Notes under the pieces: generated by a model | Told to the model about the DNA's origin: nothing | The model's database searches: none | What the model saw: the letters and a program-made list of their open reading frames with translations, nothing else | From: Vitrella brassicaformis CCMP3155 | Taxonomy: Eukaryota; Protista; Chromerida | DNA: 64,000 bases | Direction: 5' to 3' | NCBI GenBank assembly: GCA_001179505.1 | Contig: CDMY01000164.1 | Location: 62,001 to 126,000 of the forward strand | Part shown: piece by piece, positions 10,220 to 23,099 of the stretch | Numbering within the stretch: the first letter of the stretch is position 1 | Layout: every line of letters starts with the position of its first letter | Program-made: the position numbers and the translations under genes

Positions 10220-13200
10220 ATGTCGAAGCTCGAGGATTTCAAAGAGATAGCCCTCGTGGGGGAAGGCGCATACAGCAGGTGCGACACGGAGGGCCGGTGG
10301 GGCTTGTCGTCCATGACAGTGGCTGCCGTTGTGTGCGTGTTTGTTTGTGGTTGCAGTGTGTACAAGGTGTTGCGGCTGTCGGACGGGCAGGAGTACGCCT
10401 TGAAGAAGGTCACTCTGCCCAAGCTGTCGGAGAAAGAGAAGCAAAACGCCCTCAATGAAGTGCGCTTGCTTGCATCCATAAGGTGACTGACTGACTGTAC
10501 ATTTTCATCAAGGACACGAAGGGATTCTTGTGTGGATCGGAGGCCGTTTGTTTGTTTGTTGGTTGTGTTTGCTCTCGCTCATGCAGGCATCCCAATGTGA
10601 TCGCTTACAAAGAAGCATTTCTGGACGAGAGGAGCCACACACTCTGGAAAGACACCCACATGGCTGCGGGTCAGCATCCCGCATTAGCGCGTCATGGGTT
10701 CCTTACTTTGCAGCATTGTGACGGAGTTTGCCGATGGCGGAGACCTCTTTCAGAAGATTGTTCAGCACCAGAAGGCCAAGCAATACTTCAGGGAGGCGGA
10801 CATCTGGAAGATATTCATTGGGGTAGGCTGCCGTCACGTCAATGCATACGCGCCTCATCCGTACCTGCTGGCTGGCATCGGTTGCAGATGTGTCAGGGTC
10901 TGAAGGCCCTCCACGACCTCAACATTCTCCATAGAGACTTGAAGGTCAGCCACCGGCATTCACAAAACGGCACAGGCTGAACCAGGGTGCTGCTTGTGTG
11001 TTACGTGCAGAGTGCCAATGTCTTCCTCACGAAAGCACGCGCCGTCAAAATTGGGTAAAAACCTTTGCTTGAAGCCGACAGAGCAGCGCGTTTCGCATCA
11101 ACCGATTTGCTTGTGTCTGTGTGCAGTGACTTCAACGTGTCCAAAGTGGCGAAGCGTGGCCTTCTGTACACTCAGACGGGGACGCCATACTACGCCAGGC
11201 AAGCCAAGCCATGCACGCATCGACTCATGCACGCTAAGGATGGCCCCTGTATTGAGTGTGTCAATTGCATTTTCAGCCCTGAGGTGTGGCGCGACCAGCC
11301 ATACGATGCAAAAAGTGACGTCTGGTCGCTCGGTAAGCTAAGAAACGACAGCAATTGTGACCATGAATATCATGACAAGCTGTCATGTTCGCTTTTGTAT
11401 CCAGGCTGCGTTTTGTATGAGATGTGTGCACTGAAGCCACCATTCAGAGCTGACGACATGGAGGCCCTGTACAGAAAGGTAAATGGCAGACGAGACATAC
11501 CACGGAGGACGCACGCAAGCGTTCTTGCTGTCTTAGGTGCTGAAAGGCCAATACAGCAAGCTGCCCCACATCTTCAGCAGCGACATCCCCACATTGCTGG
11601 ACCTCTGCCTCCAGACCAACGCCATCCACAGGCCGTCGGTCACACAGATACTCACGCACCCCACCATAATCAGGCAGAAGGAGAGGCTGGCGGCATCCAC
11701 TGAGACATCACCAACCCCCCCAGAGACATCTGACGGGCTCCTCAACACCATCAAGCTGCCCAAGGATGTCGCGGTCAGTGAGAAAGAGCATGCGAGGATT
11801 GTTCATTGTGATATGGATTCGATTCTCACGATTTTGCAGGCGCTGACGGCTCACCTGCCAAAACCCAATTACGGCAGCCCCACGAAGAAAGGAGAAGGCA
11901 GCCGGTTGAGGCAAGCAAGAACGACCGATCAGCAAGGAGGAGAAAGATCGGTTCTGAAGGCCAAGAGAGAAGGCGGCGCTCTTGTCGAGTACCATGACAA
12001 GAGGAATCCCGGCAGCGCGCACGGGCCGCTGCTGGAAGGTCACTCGCAGCTGGTGGACATCCACGGCGAGCCTTCCCAACTGTCCCCCGCTCCACCGAGA
12101 CGGCCAGTCGCCTATCACAGGAGAGCACCGAAGTAAGAGAAACGCTCGTGTGTCTCTGCCCTTTTATCGTTCGTCGACCACTCACCTCTGTTTTGGTTTG
12201 CAGAGACATGCCTTCTCGCCCCCTTGTCAACGACTCAGCGGAGGATCAGATATACCCGGATGACTTCGAGCGAGAAAACCTGCCATCGAGACCACAGGCG
12301 CGCGCAGGGCAGAGGAGAAAGCTCTCTTCACTTGCGCGAGAGCAGCGGCCTGACGGCCTTCCAGTGGACGAGCCGACAAGCGCACCGCGAAGAAAGGATG
12401 ACCAGAGGAGAAAGAAGAACCGGCAAGAGGCCGAGCACATGAGGAACGGCTACCCCCCTCCTGTCAGCAACAACCCCAACAACCCCACGCCCCCGGCCCT
12501 CCCCCCTTCCCTTCCCCCCGTCAATCGGCCACAAGCTGCTGGCATGCCGGCAGGGCCCTACCCCCCCCACGCACATGCACAACTCGCATACCAGCAGTAC
12601 AAGAACTACGTCTATCACTCGCGGAGGAATCCCTACGGCTATGTCATTCCCCGCCTGCCGCCGGTCAACAACATGCAGAGGTACCACCTGGGAGGCATGC
12701 AGCCACCAGGGCGGTCTGAGTCACCGTACGACCGTTCTGAGTCGCCTCATGGCCATGCGATGCCGCTGCTGCCACCCCTTCGGGAGCATCATATGAAGGA
12801 GGCGCTCGTGTATGCGTACAGGCCGCAGGGCAGAGACGCGTATCTGGCGTATCACGACCGGGGCAGGGCCGATAGGCAGGGCGGCGGGGAGCCGAAGGGC
12901 GCGGCCAAACACGTGCAGAGACTGAGAAGAGGAAGGTATGTATGCCGGGACGGAGAAGGGAAGATAACAGGGGGATCATGTCTCTGTTTGCCTGTGTTGT
13001 CTGTGCATGCAGCAAGGACCGCTCGGTTGTGGCCCCCAATCCATACGCGAGCCCGCTGCCCTACCTGCCCCCGCCCGCCGCACCTGTGCGGGACGCCATC
13101 ATCGACAGGAGGAAAAAGGAAAAGGAGAGAGAGAGAGAACGGGAGAGACTATTCGATGGGCGAGAGTACGGCTATCATCATCATCACCACCACCACCACC

Positions 13201-13250
13201 ACCAGCACCACCCACATTACCCCCCCGCCCAGTACTACCACCATCTGTGA
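10220..13250 (+). CDS. NIMA-related (NEK) Ser/Thr kinase with long low-complexity C-terminal tail
   Basis: Spliced kinase motifs VGEGAYS, YALKKV, NALNEVRLLASI, HRDLKSANVFL, GDFNVSK, TQTGTPYYASPEVW, YDAKSDVWSLGC and PPFRADDMEALY. The tail is Pro/Gln-rich and ends in a poly-His stretch. Confidence 0.9.
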
Positions 13251-13764
13251 CGGTCTTTGTTGCTGTCTTGGTCTCTCTCTCTCTTGCTCATGTCTCTTGC
13301 CGACTCACTTGCCGTCGACTTGCTGATAGTGGAACGGAACATTGCTGGGGCCTTTGCGTGTGATGGGATGATGGACCTTTATCGTTTCACTTTTTTGTGT
13401 GATGCATGTGGGCATGTATATGTGTGCGTGTGTAAACGACTTACTCATTCACGAAGACATGTAGTCAACCAGGGAAGCAGTAGTAGTGTCAGCAAGAGTT
13501 TGTGCGTGTGTCTGCCAGGGGGAGGCACTGTTAGCATCGGCTCTATTCGAGCGCACGAACAGCTAACCTGCCTAAACGTCCCAGGCTACCCACACACACC
13601 ACATACCACACCTACTCGGCCACTCGCCCACGCGACAGACATCAAAAAGACATCATTGTCATCCGATCCATCTATCCATCCACCCATGGTACGAACGTGT
13701 ATAGGTCAGTCGAACGAGGGACAGATGGCAGCGCTATCTCATCGACGTCGATGTGACGAAGAGG

Positions 13765-15017
13765 TCATTCCTTGTCCTCCTTCTTGTCCTTTTCCTTTTC
13801 CTCTCCGCTCTCCTTTTCTTTGCCCGCCTCTTCGGCGCAAGTGCAGTGGCGGCCCTTCTTCTCCAGGAACTCCCCCTCAGACTCCACATCTAAGATGTCT
13901 CCGATTGGGATTTTTCCGAACAAATTGAGGTCACCCACCTTGGCTGCGCACACACACACACACGCGCACGCACACAGTCACGTGTTGTATCTGCTTGTCT
14001 GTGTGTCTGTCTGTCTGTCTGTCTGTGCCTGTGTGCCCGCGGGATGGCGCGTACCATCCACGAAGAATGAGATCGCTGGCACGGCGATGATTGCTGGTCC
14101 CTCTTCCTCGCCCTCATCAAGAGTGATTTCGACGTCCTCACCAAAAACGATTTCGACGTCCTCGAATGTCACATCGTACTGGATGAACTTGAAGGTCAGC
14201 GAGGGCTGAATCAACACAACGCAAACCACGTACACACACCTTCAAGTGTGCTGCGCAGGATGTAGCTCGTTCGCCGCCCACCAGTCCGTCTTTGGGCAGT
14301 GGGCATCGGAGGGTGACCTCCTCGACAATTTCACACGCTGTAATCGGCACCTTTATGGGGCCCACAAAGTAGGGAAACTGAATACACACACACACGCACG
14401 CACGAGATCAACAATGTATCGCCATCTGTCAATTACTGATACGGATCACTGACGGTGATTCTGAGGGGTCCGGCAGTCTCGAGGCTGATGTCCTGGACCT
14501 CCGCCGCGCCGATCAGCTCCATGAAACCGTCGGTGTTGTTCAGCTGGACAGGCCTATCGAAGGTGACATCGATAAACTTGGTGAGACCGGCCTTCACCAG
14601 TTCGTTGTCAGCCGGTGAGGACGAAACCTTCTGGGGACGAACAAACGGGTCCACAGCAGCCGCTGGGTCAACTGGCGGCTCAGGCTCCTTTGGCTGAGCT
14701 GGCGGCTCAGGCTCCTTTGGCTGAGCTGGTGGCTCAGGACCCTTTGGCTGAGCTGGTGGCTCAGGACCCTGAGATGGTGGCTCAGGACCCTTTGGCTGAG
14801 ATGGTGGCTCAGGACCCTTTGGCTGAGCTGGTGGCTCAGGACCCTTTGGCTGAGCTGGTGGCTCAGGACCCTGAGATGGTGGCTCAGGACCCTTTGGCTG
14901 AGATGGTGGCTCAGGACCCTTTGGCTGAGATGGTGGCTCAGGACCGTCCTGGCAGCGGACTGTGCCGAGCAGGAGCAGCAGGAGAGCCGCAAAGAAGCCG
15001 AGCCGTCTCAGCATCAT
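13765..15017 (-). CDS. Putative secreted protein with PEPP(S/A)QPK(G/E) repeats and a beta-rich C-terminal domain
   Basis: Signal-peptide-like start MMLRRLGFFAALLLLLLGTVRC. The repeat tract is followed by several short GT-AG exons and a K/E-rich end with stop at 13765. Confidence 0.7.
14674..14945 (-). repeat. Coding minisatellite of 27-nt and 21-nt units
   Basis: Units GGCTCAGGACCCTTTGGCTGAG(A/C)TGGT (27 nt) and GGCTCAGGACCCTGAGATGGT (21 nt), about 10 copies. Confidence 0.95.
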
Positions 15018-15074
15018 GGGCGGTGATCTGAGGGGTCTGTGACTGCTTTGGTCACAGATGCGGGGTGGGCATGC

Positions 15075-17097
15075 TCAAGTCCTCAACAGCAAATCGCGTA
15101 CGCACGTAAATTGGCAAGATGTAAACTTCGGCACGTCGACACTGCCCGCTTTGTCCATCGACGCACCAACTTGTGAAGGATAGACACGTGCACGCACTTT
15201 CATACCGGCTGGCCTGGCAGCCCCGATACATTGTGACCAGAAGGGACAGCCAGGCATTGTCCCCCAAACCCTGATTTGCCAGACAGCCCGCCCTGGTCCC
15301 TGCCTCGTTTTGCAGGACTGCTTATCGTTTCCATCATAGACACACTCGTTTTTGTGTTCAGTGGAGACGCAATGATTGAATGAACTTTCAGAATGAATCT
15401 GTCTGTCTGTCATGTCAGTCGAGGATGGCCTGGTGTGAGAGTGAGCGTGGGTGCATCTGTGTCCTCATCTTCTGGACAGGGGTTGGCCTCCAGCCACTCA
15501 TCTAGAGACTCCCGAGAGATTACCAAGCCTGAGAGACCAAGAATAGGTCATGTATTCAACACGCGTCTGATGCCCTTGTCACTGTGCCATGTCAACCTAC
15601 CTGTGTCGTCTGTGCGGGTGAAGGCAAGGCCTGGAGTGAAATCGTGTGTTAGGATCCTCCGGGCAGCATGGCTCGGGATGTTCACCTCGCGCACACGCCA
15701 GCCAGCGCTTGCACCACGCACCGGTTTCATCCTGATTATCAGCTCAGACGGTTCCAGATGGCCACGCTGTAGCCTGTCAAGATGGTAACGCACTGCAAAG
15801 CACATATGCAACCCTACAGACACACACGTGCTCGTGACGAAGCCTACGTGCGAGTCTGAAGACGGCGAGCGTCATGTCTTGTGCGCGCAGCGCCCTCAGT
15901 GGCTGCTCCACCTGCTTGTAAAACCACTCGGACGTCGCGTCGCCACGCTGACTGCACCGAAGAAAGAAAACACAGCGCCACAGTGGCTTCATATACCGCG
16001 CAGTTGAGCACACCAGCGTGCCTTCCTCCTCACCGTGGCTGCAATGGCTCTTCTCCCTCTTTCTCGCCTTCTTGCTGCTCCCACTGCAGCCGTGCGAGGT
16101 CCAAATCTAGCATCGTACCTGCACGGACACACACACAGGCTTATGGATGCACCCACACATACTGTGTACGGGAGTCATCGCACCGGCGACATAGGTGGCT
16201 AGCTGGCCAAGGTCCAGCACACGGGACGAAGAGGTTTGAGCTGCCTTCCCACACAGGCACCACAGAAGCAGAGAGCATCACGGAATCTTCATGCAACGGT
16301 CCCTTCTCTGCAATTGCTTCTCTGCCTGCTCGTACATGAGAATCAGCGGGCATGGCATTGAATCTCGCTGGTGGGATGCCCACATAGGCAATGGCGGCCA
16401 GCGCAACGCGCCGGGCACGACCTGCATACAGAAAAGAGAGCAGTGCGCTACACTGCTGTTGCTCGCATGATGGACGCCTCTGTGTCCGGATGCTGACCCC
16501 TGATGCACGCCGATATGAAGTCGGTGTAGATGTGGGCGGACCGGGATGGGTCGAGCACCCTGTTGGTTCGCAGGGCAATGTTCTTGCGGAAGACGTGAAG
16601 CTGCCGCTGCCAGTCGCCGGCCGACGGCCTAGAAGCGTCCTCACACGACCTGCACATACATAAACTCACTCGAGAAATGATTTGTACAACGAGTTGGTTC
16701 GGTGCTCGTGCGCTGCTTGCTGACTTGTACGTGTAGCAGTCGGTGCAGACGCCCATTGCAGCCACATCACGCAACAAAGAACCATCTACAGACATACACC
16801 CATCAGCCAACATCACTTTGCCCTCACATGTATCCCTTTGCGGCACTCATTCACCTTCAAGAGCGTCAGCAACAGACGACGACCCTCGCCGCAGCATCTC
16901 CCTGACGACAGACAGCAGCACGCAACCAGACCACGCCGTCATCAATATGCGCTGACCACCCTTCCTCCCTCCCTGGCCCCTCTTAGTAGCTAGTACCAAT
17001 CAGACAGCATGACAGGTTCTTGCAGTGTCACCAAGGATCCAAGATCTAACCTCATCAGCCGCTCAAACAACGTGTCGGTGCCCACTGCCGTGCTCAT
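15075..17097 (-). CDS. Hypothetical multi-exon protein, unknown function
   Basis: Several phase-compatible GT-AG junctions: ..ADALE|DGSLLRDVAAMGVCTDCYTYK|SCEDASRP..SACIR|GRARRVALAAIAYVGIPP.. The start, end and full exon chain could not be resolved. Confidence 0.4.
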
Positions 17098-17504
17098 AGT
17101 GGTGCAGCGATGCCTTCTGTGCAGCTTTTGGCCTTTGACCCGCAGTGGCCAGGCGGCCGGGCGGATGAATGCAGACTTGCAAGGGGCGAGGGGATGACTC
17201 GTTGCTGTGATCAGCGACCTTCTGCAGAGCGCTGCTGCTGCTGATCCATAGCAGCTGCAGGCGGCCAGCAGCACCAGACATCGCTGCGGTATGCCAGTGG
17301 CTGCTGCCTTCTGCGGAGATGGAACGCCGCCGTTTCTTTCCTGCAGAGCATCCATTACACCAAGAGCTGTCCACTCGCGTGCTGCCCAAGATCTGCGAGC
17401 TCGCAGTTGCAGATCTCTTTCGTTCTTTTCTTCATCGTTAACGGACACCGAAGTCTTTCAAAGGTGCCTGAACATTCCCCGTGTCATCTCTCGTCGCGTG
17501 CATC

Positions 17505-18627
17505 ATGTCGAAGCCGAAGCTGCTGTATTTCGACATCAAGGCCCGCGGGGAGCCCATTCGGCTGTGCTTCGCCATCGCCGGCATCGACTTCGATGACGTC
17601 CGCATCGGCCGCGATGAGCTGTCAGCCCTGAAGGAGGAGCCGGGCAAGCTGCCTTTCGGCCAGCTGCCCGTGGTGGAGATTGACGGCAAGCGGCTGGCAC
17701 AGACGCTCGCGTGCTGCATGTACGTGGGCAAGAAGGCCGGTGAGTGAGTGAGGCAGTCAGTGCCCTCCATGACATGCGGGTCGATGCCTGCATGTCTCAT
17801 GTGTGTGATCCCAACGCATGGCGTACCTCCCTGTGTGTGCGTCAGGTTTGGTGCCGACTGATGACTGGGAGCTGGCCAAGGTGAGACGAGCCCTGCACGA
17901 CGGGATCTATACATGCAGCCTCCGTCTCTCGCATGTTAATCTGTCTGTCTGTCTGACGGTGGCTGGCTGACGGCGTATGTGTGTGTAGATGTTTGAGTTC
18001 ATCGGTGGTGTCGAGGATACCCAAATGAAGATCACGATGTCCATCTACGAGCAGGATGCCGACAAAAAGAAAAAGGTACACAGATTGGATTGGGCGGAGG
18101 GGAGGGCCGATGTGCGTGAGACAGGCAAGGCATTTAGTATGGTGAGGTGCGTCGGATGTGTGTGATACGCTATAGATGCGCGAGGATCTGGCAACGACGA
18201 CACTGCCCAAGTGGTTCGGCTTCCTCGACAGCCTCGCGGTGCAGAACGGCAGCAACGGATACGCAGTCGGCAGCAAACTCTCACTCGCAGGTCCGCACAC
18301 ACAAACAGCACAGCCGGCCGGTTCACACAGTGGACGAACATACATGGCCTCCTCTGTGTGTGTTGGTGTGCAGACCTGTGGGTGTACATGAGTCTGGGTT
18401 GGATCAAGATGGGAGTGCTGGACGGCATCCCCGCCTCGCTGCCCGACAAATACGCCGCACTCAGCAAGGTGGGTGGGTGGGCCAGTCCCAGGACACCACA
18501 CACAGCACACACATGGATGTGTGTGGATGGATGGGTCGATGGATGTGTGTGTCAGGTGTATGAGACGGTGGACACGCACCCCAAGGTGGTCGAGTGGAAC
18601 GCGGCGCACGCCAAGCCCCCGCAGTGA
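17505..18627 (+). CDS. Glutathione S-transferase, sigma-like
   Basis: MSKPKLLYFDIKARGEPIRLCF (catalytic Tyr), LPFGQLPVVEIDGKRLAQT, GSKLSLADL and final exon ..VVEWNAAH. Multi-exon. Confidence 0.9.
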
Positions 18628-19524
18628 TCCATGCATCCACCGAGCTCACAAGACACGACTGCATAGCACTTTCATGTGGGAGTGAGTGGAGTGGAGTGGG
18701 ACTCATGACATTGGACCGCCACTTCTTCCTCTCGTGCCGCGCCATGTCGTGTCGTGTTGTGTCGTGCTCATGAATGTGTGCCTCAGCCAGGACACCGGCC
18801 GTCGCTTCTGGTGGTGGTGGTGCATCCACTCACAAGTTTTTCCCGTTTTCATATATGTCGTGACGATCGATGGGTGCGGTATCGTCGTTCATGACACAGC
18901 AGAAAGGCTCAGCCAGGCTACATTCCTGCACGAGCTCGGTGCGTGACGTCCGTCCCGAAGCAAGCCGTGGTCTGTGGCTTTCGCTGCCATTGCCCTCTAG
19001 ACAGACCGACCAGTGCTTGCTCCTAGAGGCCAGCCAGGTTGGTCTGTGCGATTGGCGATGGGTGCGAACGCCGAGGACCACAGTGCTTTAGCGCAAGGGA
19101 GAGTTTTATCTGTGCCATGCCGAGTCATTCATCTGTCTTCAATTTCCCAATTTGTACCATTGAGTCATTGCCGTCACGGCCACGGCGTCTCACAGCCCAG
19201 TGACCTTGGGCTGTGAGTGTCCGTAGCTGGAGCGGGACTGGCTCAGTGTGTCGCAAAGATGGGGGACTTTCATGCCGAGATACACCTACATATTTCTGCT
19301 CTTCTTGATAGGATTCTGGGACGCATTCCTCAAGTCCAATGGACGCATGTTGAGGTTAAGCATCATGGTGGTGTGTATGTAAGAGTCGCAGAAACTGCTC
19401 CAGACCCGTCTCTTCTATCATACACAGTCGACAAGTGGAACCCAAATCAAACGATGCAGCACAGGAGAGAGAGACCGACTATCGACCCCACACACAACTT
19501 CTCGAAAAACGGCCCCCCTTACTG

Positions 19525-21457
19525 CTACGTCTCAACGGGCCGCTTCCTGGGCGACCGTGACCGTGACCTCGCTCTCTGTAATTGTGGAGATGTGCTCCTC
19601 ACCGACCTGCTGCTGCCCTTTCGACCTCCTGCCTTCGACGCCCCAGATGACTCACCACCCCCACCAGCCCCTTGCTTGGTCCAATGTACAGCTTGTGGCC
19701 CGTTCAGCTGATGCCCCGGACTCTCCCCATTGCCCTCGCCCGCCAGCAGCAGCGCATCCAGTGGGGTGTCGGTCACAAATCCGCTCCTCTCCAGCACGTC
19801 TGCCGCCTCTCGCATCTCCATCTGACTCTGTACAAGGGCGAACAGCGGGTACGGCAGAGAAACGTCCTGCAGGGAGTCGGCCTCCTCGGTCATGCTGATC
19901 AGCCGCGTCATCATCGTCCGCAGTGGAGGGGTGCGCGCCAGCTGCCCGCACGAATGGGACTGCTTGACGGCCACTGACCGGAGGACAGGGCAGGGTGGAC
20001 GGCTGGGGGGCAGGAGTAGGTGCAGCAGGGTGGGGTTGGCCACAGTGAGGTGTGTGAGGGACTGCAGGGGCGGGAGGGCGTTGATCATGGCTCGCAGGAG
20101 GCCAGCGCCGGGCGGGCCGCATAGGAAAGAGCTGCCCGCGACGGTGAGGTGGGTCAGCTGTGCCAGGTGCTTGATGAAAGCGAGGGACGAGAGGGGACGG
20201 GACACAGTCGATGACCGCAGCTGCTCGCCTGCAGCATGATACAGGCAGGCACACATGTGAAATCGTGTGCCAACGTGTTTGCGTGAAGATGCTCACTTCA
20301 CTCACCCGCAGCATCGAATCTCCCTCTGAGAGCCACCGAGTGCACCGACAGCAGCGGTGCGATCATCAGCTCCTTGAGGTTGTCGCAGCGGAACCCGTCC
20401 CCAACCATCTCGCTCAGCGGCACATCCATCCGTGGCGCTATCACCAGCTTCTCCAGCGCCCCATACGCCTGCCCCGGCACCACGGGCATCGTGCCACCAC
20501 CACCACCACCATGACGGATCGGGAGGAAAGGCCCCGATAGCTCAAGTGTGCGCAAGGTCGGCACACTCCGGGCCAGCAGATCTCTCAGCGCCGTCCTCTC
20601 CCGCCCGGCACTCCCTCCACACGCCAACATGCACTCACTGAGCCGCTGGATGGACTGGAAAAGGCTCGCAGGGTCGCCGCTGATGACGCCACCACGCAGC
20701 GAGAGGCGGGTGAGTGAGGGCATCTGCACGCCTGGCGAGATGACGACCTTGATGCGCTGATTGGCGGGCAGGTGGATGTCCAGGCTGAGTATATGTGGGA
20801 AGGGGACAGCGGGGAATGAGATGGGTGCTCGAAAGGACTTCGGGGACAGCTGGGTGGTGGAGTTGAGGTGCATGCGGGAGAGCCGCGTGGCCGGACTTCC
20901 CTCCTCCCGGCCTGGCGCTCGCTGCTGAACGCTGACGTGGGTGAGGGTGTCGCTGTGCCACCCGATGACAGGCATGAAGCGGCCGAGGGATGATGCCTCA
21001 CAGACCTCAATGCGCTCGAGCCGCTGGAGGAGTCGGAGGGCGTCTCGACGAGATGACGGTGAGCATGGCGGCTCGTCGCTGGCCTCCGCGTATCCACTCA
21101 ACTTCAGGCTTCGGATGTTGCTCACTCGTGCCGAGCCGGCCGCGTTGGCAGACTCCGACGCACGGCGAAGACGCACTGGCAGACCTGCACACAGGCAAAA
21201 CACAACATCCTTCATCTGCCCTTGAGCCTCCTCACTACTCTCGCACCTGTGAGGAATTCTCCCACCCTCCCCTCCCTGTTGAGCAGCTTCGCCACGGCGG
21301 ATGAGTCGGGCAGATGTAGGAAGGAAAGGTGGTGGCTGGCCTCATCCAAGGCGTCCGACACGGCTGAGAGGGCGAAGATCTCGTTGGCCTCGAGGAAAGG
21401 CAGCAGGTTCTGTGACCATATCAACGTGGGGATCTCGCTGACGACAGATGACGACAT
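19525..21457 (-). CDS. F-box/LRR-like protein
   Basis: F-box-like start SEIPTLIWSQNLLPFLEANEIFALSAVS, followed by Lxx repeats (LQRLERIEV, LTHVSV, LTRLSL, LRTLELSG, LEKLVI, LKELMI, LTHLTV). The 3' end is uncertain. Confidence 0.7.
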
Positions 21458-21877
21458 GCTTATTGGGCTCCGATTGTCAGGACGGAAGTCAGCCGCTTTT
21501 TTTTCCCGAGGAACCGGCGGCCGACTCTTTGTTTGGCCATTATATGATTGCGTCTTGATAGCTGCGCTGCGTGTGCTCTGTATCGGTAGCATCTTGACGT
21601 GTTGACGTCATGTGTGTCCATGCCATCGATCACAGACAGACAGACAGACAGACAAAGAAGGCCAACACACAACAAGTATGTATGTATTGTGCCATGAAAT
21701 GAATGTATCTCCGCTATGCACACAACATAACATCACCACCTGTCTGCCTGTCCCAGACACCATGCCAGATAATGACAGACACCTCACTCTCTGCCTCTTC
21801 ACGGAACGGAACAGTACAAACAAGCCGGCCGGCTGACCAGAACCGATTGCCGTCGCACTGACTCACTGAGTGTATCG

Positions 21878-22830
21878 TCATTCCCCGGTTCCCTTGTCCG
21901 TCTCGCCTGACTGTCCGGTCTCCTCCCTCTCTCGAGTCTTCTCTGCCAACGGCCCCCCGGCATCATCTGGCGACGTCGCCTTGCCCTCCTTCCCCTCATC
22001 TCCCTTCTTGTTGCCCTCTTCCGCAGGAACCTTCTCCTTGACGACGACCACAGTATCATCCTTGTCGGTCGCCTTGCGGCCCACCACTTGCGGCTGTGGT
22101 GCTAGGGGCATCATGCTCGGGGTGATGTCCTCACTGGCACGTGCAGAGGTGACCCCCCTGATGTAGTGGGGCGGCAGGAAGGGTGTGCCGGATGGGCTGA
22201 TAGGGGAGCCCGCCCTGAGCTCCATTGGCGACTCATCATATTCGTAGTCCATGTCGTCGTCGATGCGGAAGGCCTCGTCATAGGGGTCGTCTTGGGAGCC
22301 GTGGAGGTCCTCAAACTCGATTTGCACATACTGCAGCAAGTAAGCCACCAAGACAGCCACAAAGAGGGACACCCAGGGTGGATGGATGGATGGAGAGAGC
22401 GATACATCGATAGCACGGCTGAGTAGTCGGGGGAGAGAGAGGGAGAGGGCAGGGGAGAGAAGAACCGCGGGCTGACATAGAAGCTGCTGGCTGGCTGAGC
22501 CCTACAGTCTTGCTGACTCATTCAATGTGACCGTACAGTCAGTATAGCGACGTCAATCATCCCGCCCGACATAGCAGAGGCAGCCCCTCTCCCTGCCCCT
22601 CCCCGTCCCTGTCAGCCCAGCCAATGAGGTGAAAGAGCCCCTCCACAGCCTCGTCAAAGCGGAGCTCCGCCAGCACCCATCCAAAATAGCCCTTCCGCTC
22701 ACTCCGCCGCCAACAGAACAGCTGCCGGCGCGTGTGGGTGGCTGGCTGGGCGAGGGTAGTGGGTGGCTCGCATTCCGGCTCCTCTGGGTGAAAAGGGAAG
22801 CGGCTGAGCAGATGACCGGCCTATGGCCAC
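21878..22830 (-). CDS. Exons of unknown function, possibly a C-terminal extension of the DMT transporter
   Basis: Coding-like exon LSRFPFHPEEPECEP..GYFGWVLAELRFDEAVEGLFHLIGWAD and an acidic terminal exon YVQIEFEDLHGSQDD.. ending at a stop at 21878. The exon chain is unresolved. Confidence 0.35.
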
Positions 22831-23099
22831 AAAACCAGACAGACACACACAGATATCTGCCCAACCCAACTGTACACCGGGAAGATGCGGGCAGACGAGG
22901 CAGGCAAGGCAAGAAGCGACCGCACCGCTTGGCGGCGCGGAAAACTCTACCTACAGCCAGACACTGCTCTCTCTCTCTCTCTGTATGAGGGTCACACCCT
23001 TGAGCTGACTGAACCGCATCGCATCGCATCGCATCGCATCGCAGCAAAGCACCGACCGTACAGCAGAGGGTCTGGTCTGATCTGCCCTGGCCTGCCACC

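Noticed and set aside
14674-14945. Regular repeats superficially like a CRISPR array
   Set aside because: There are no unique spacers, the units are multiples of 3 inside a signal-peptide ORF, and the context is eukaryotic. It is a coding minisatellite.
23016-23042. (GCATC)n and the many (GT)n/(GTCT)n/(GGAT)n/(GACAA)n tracts
   Set aside because: These are ordinary intronic or UTR microsatellites that occur throughout the window.
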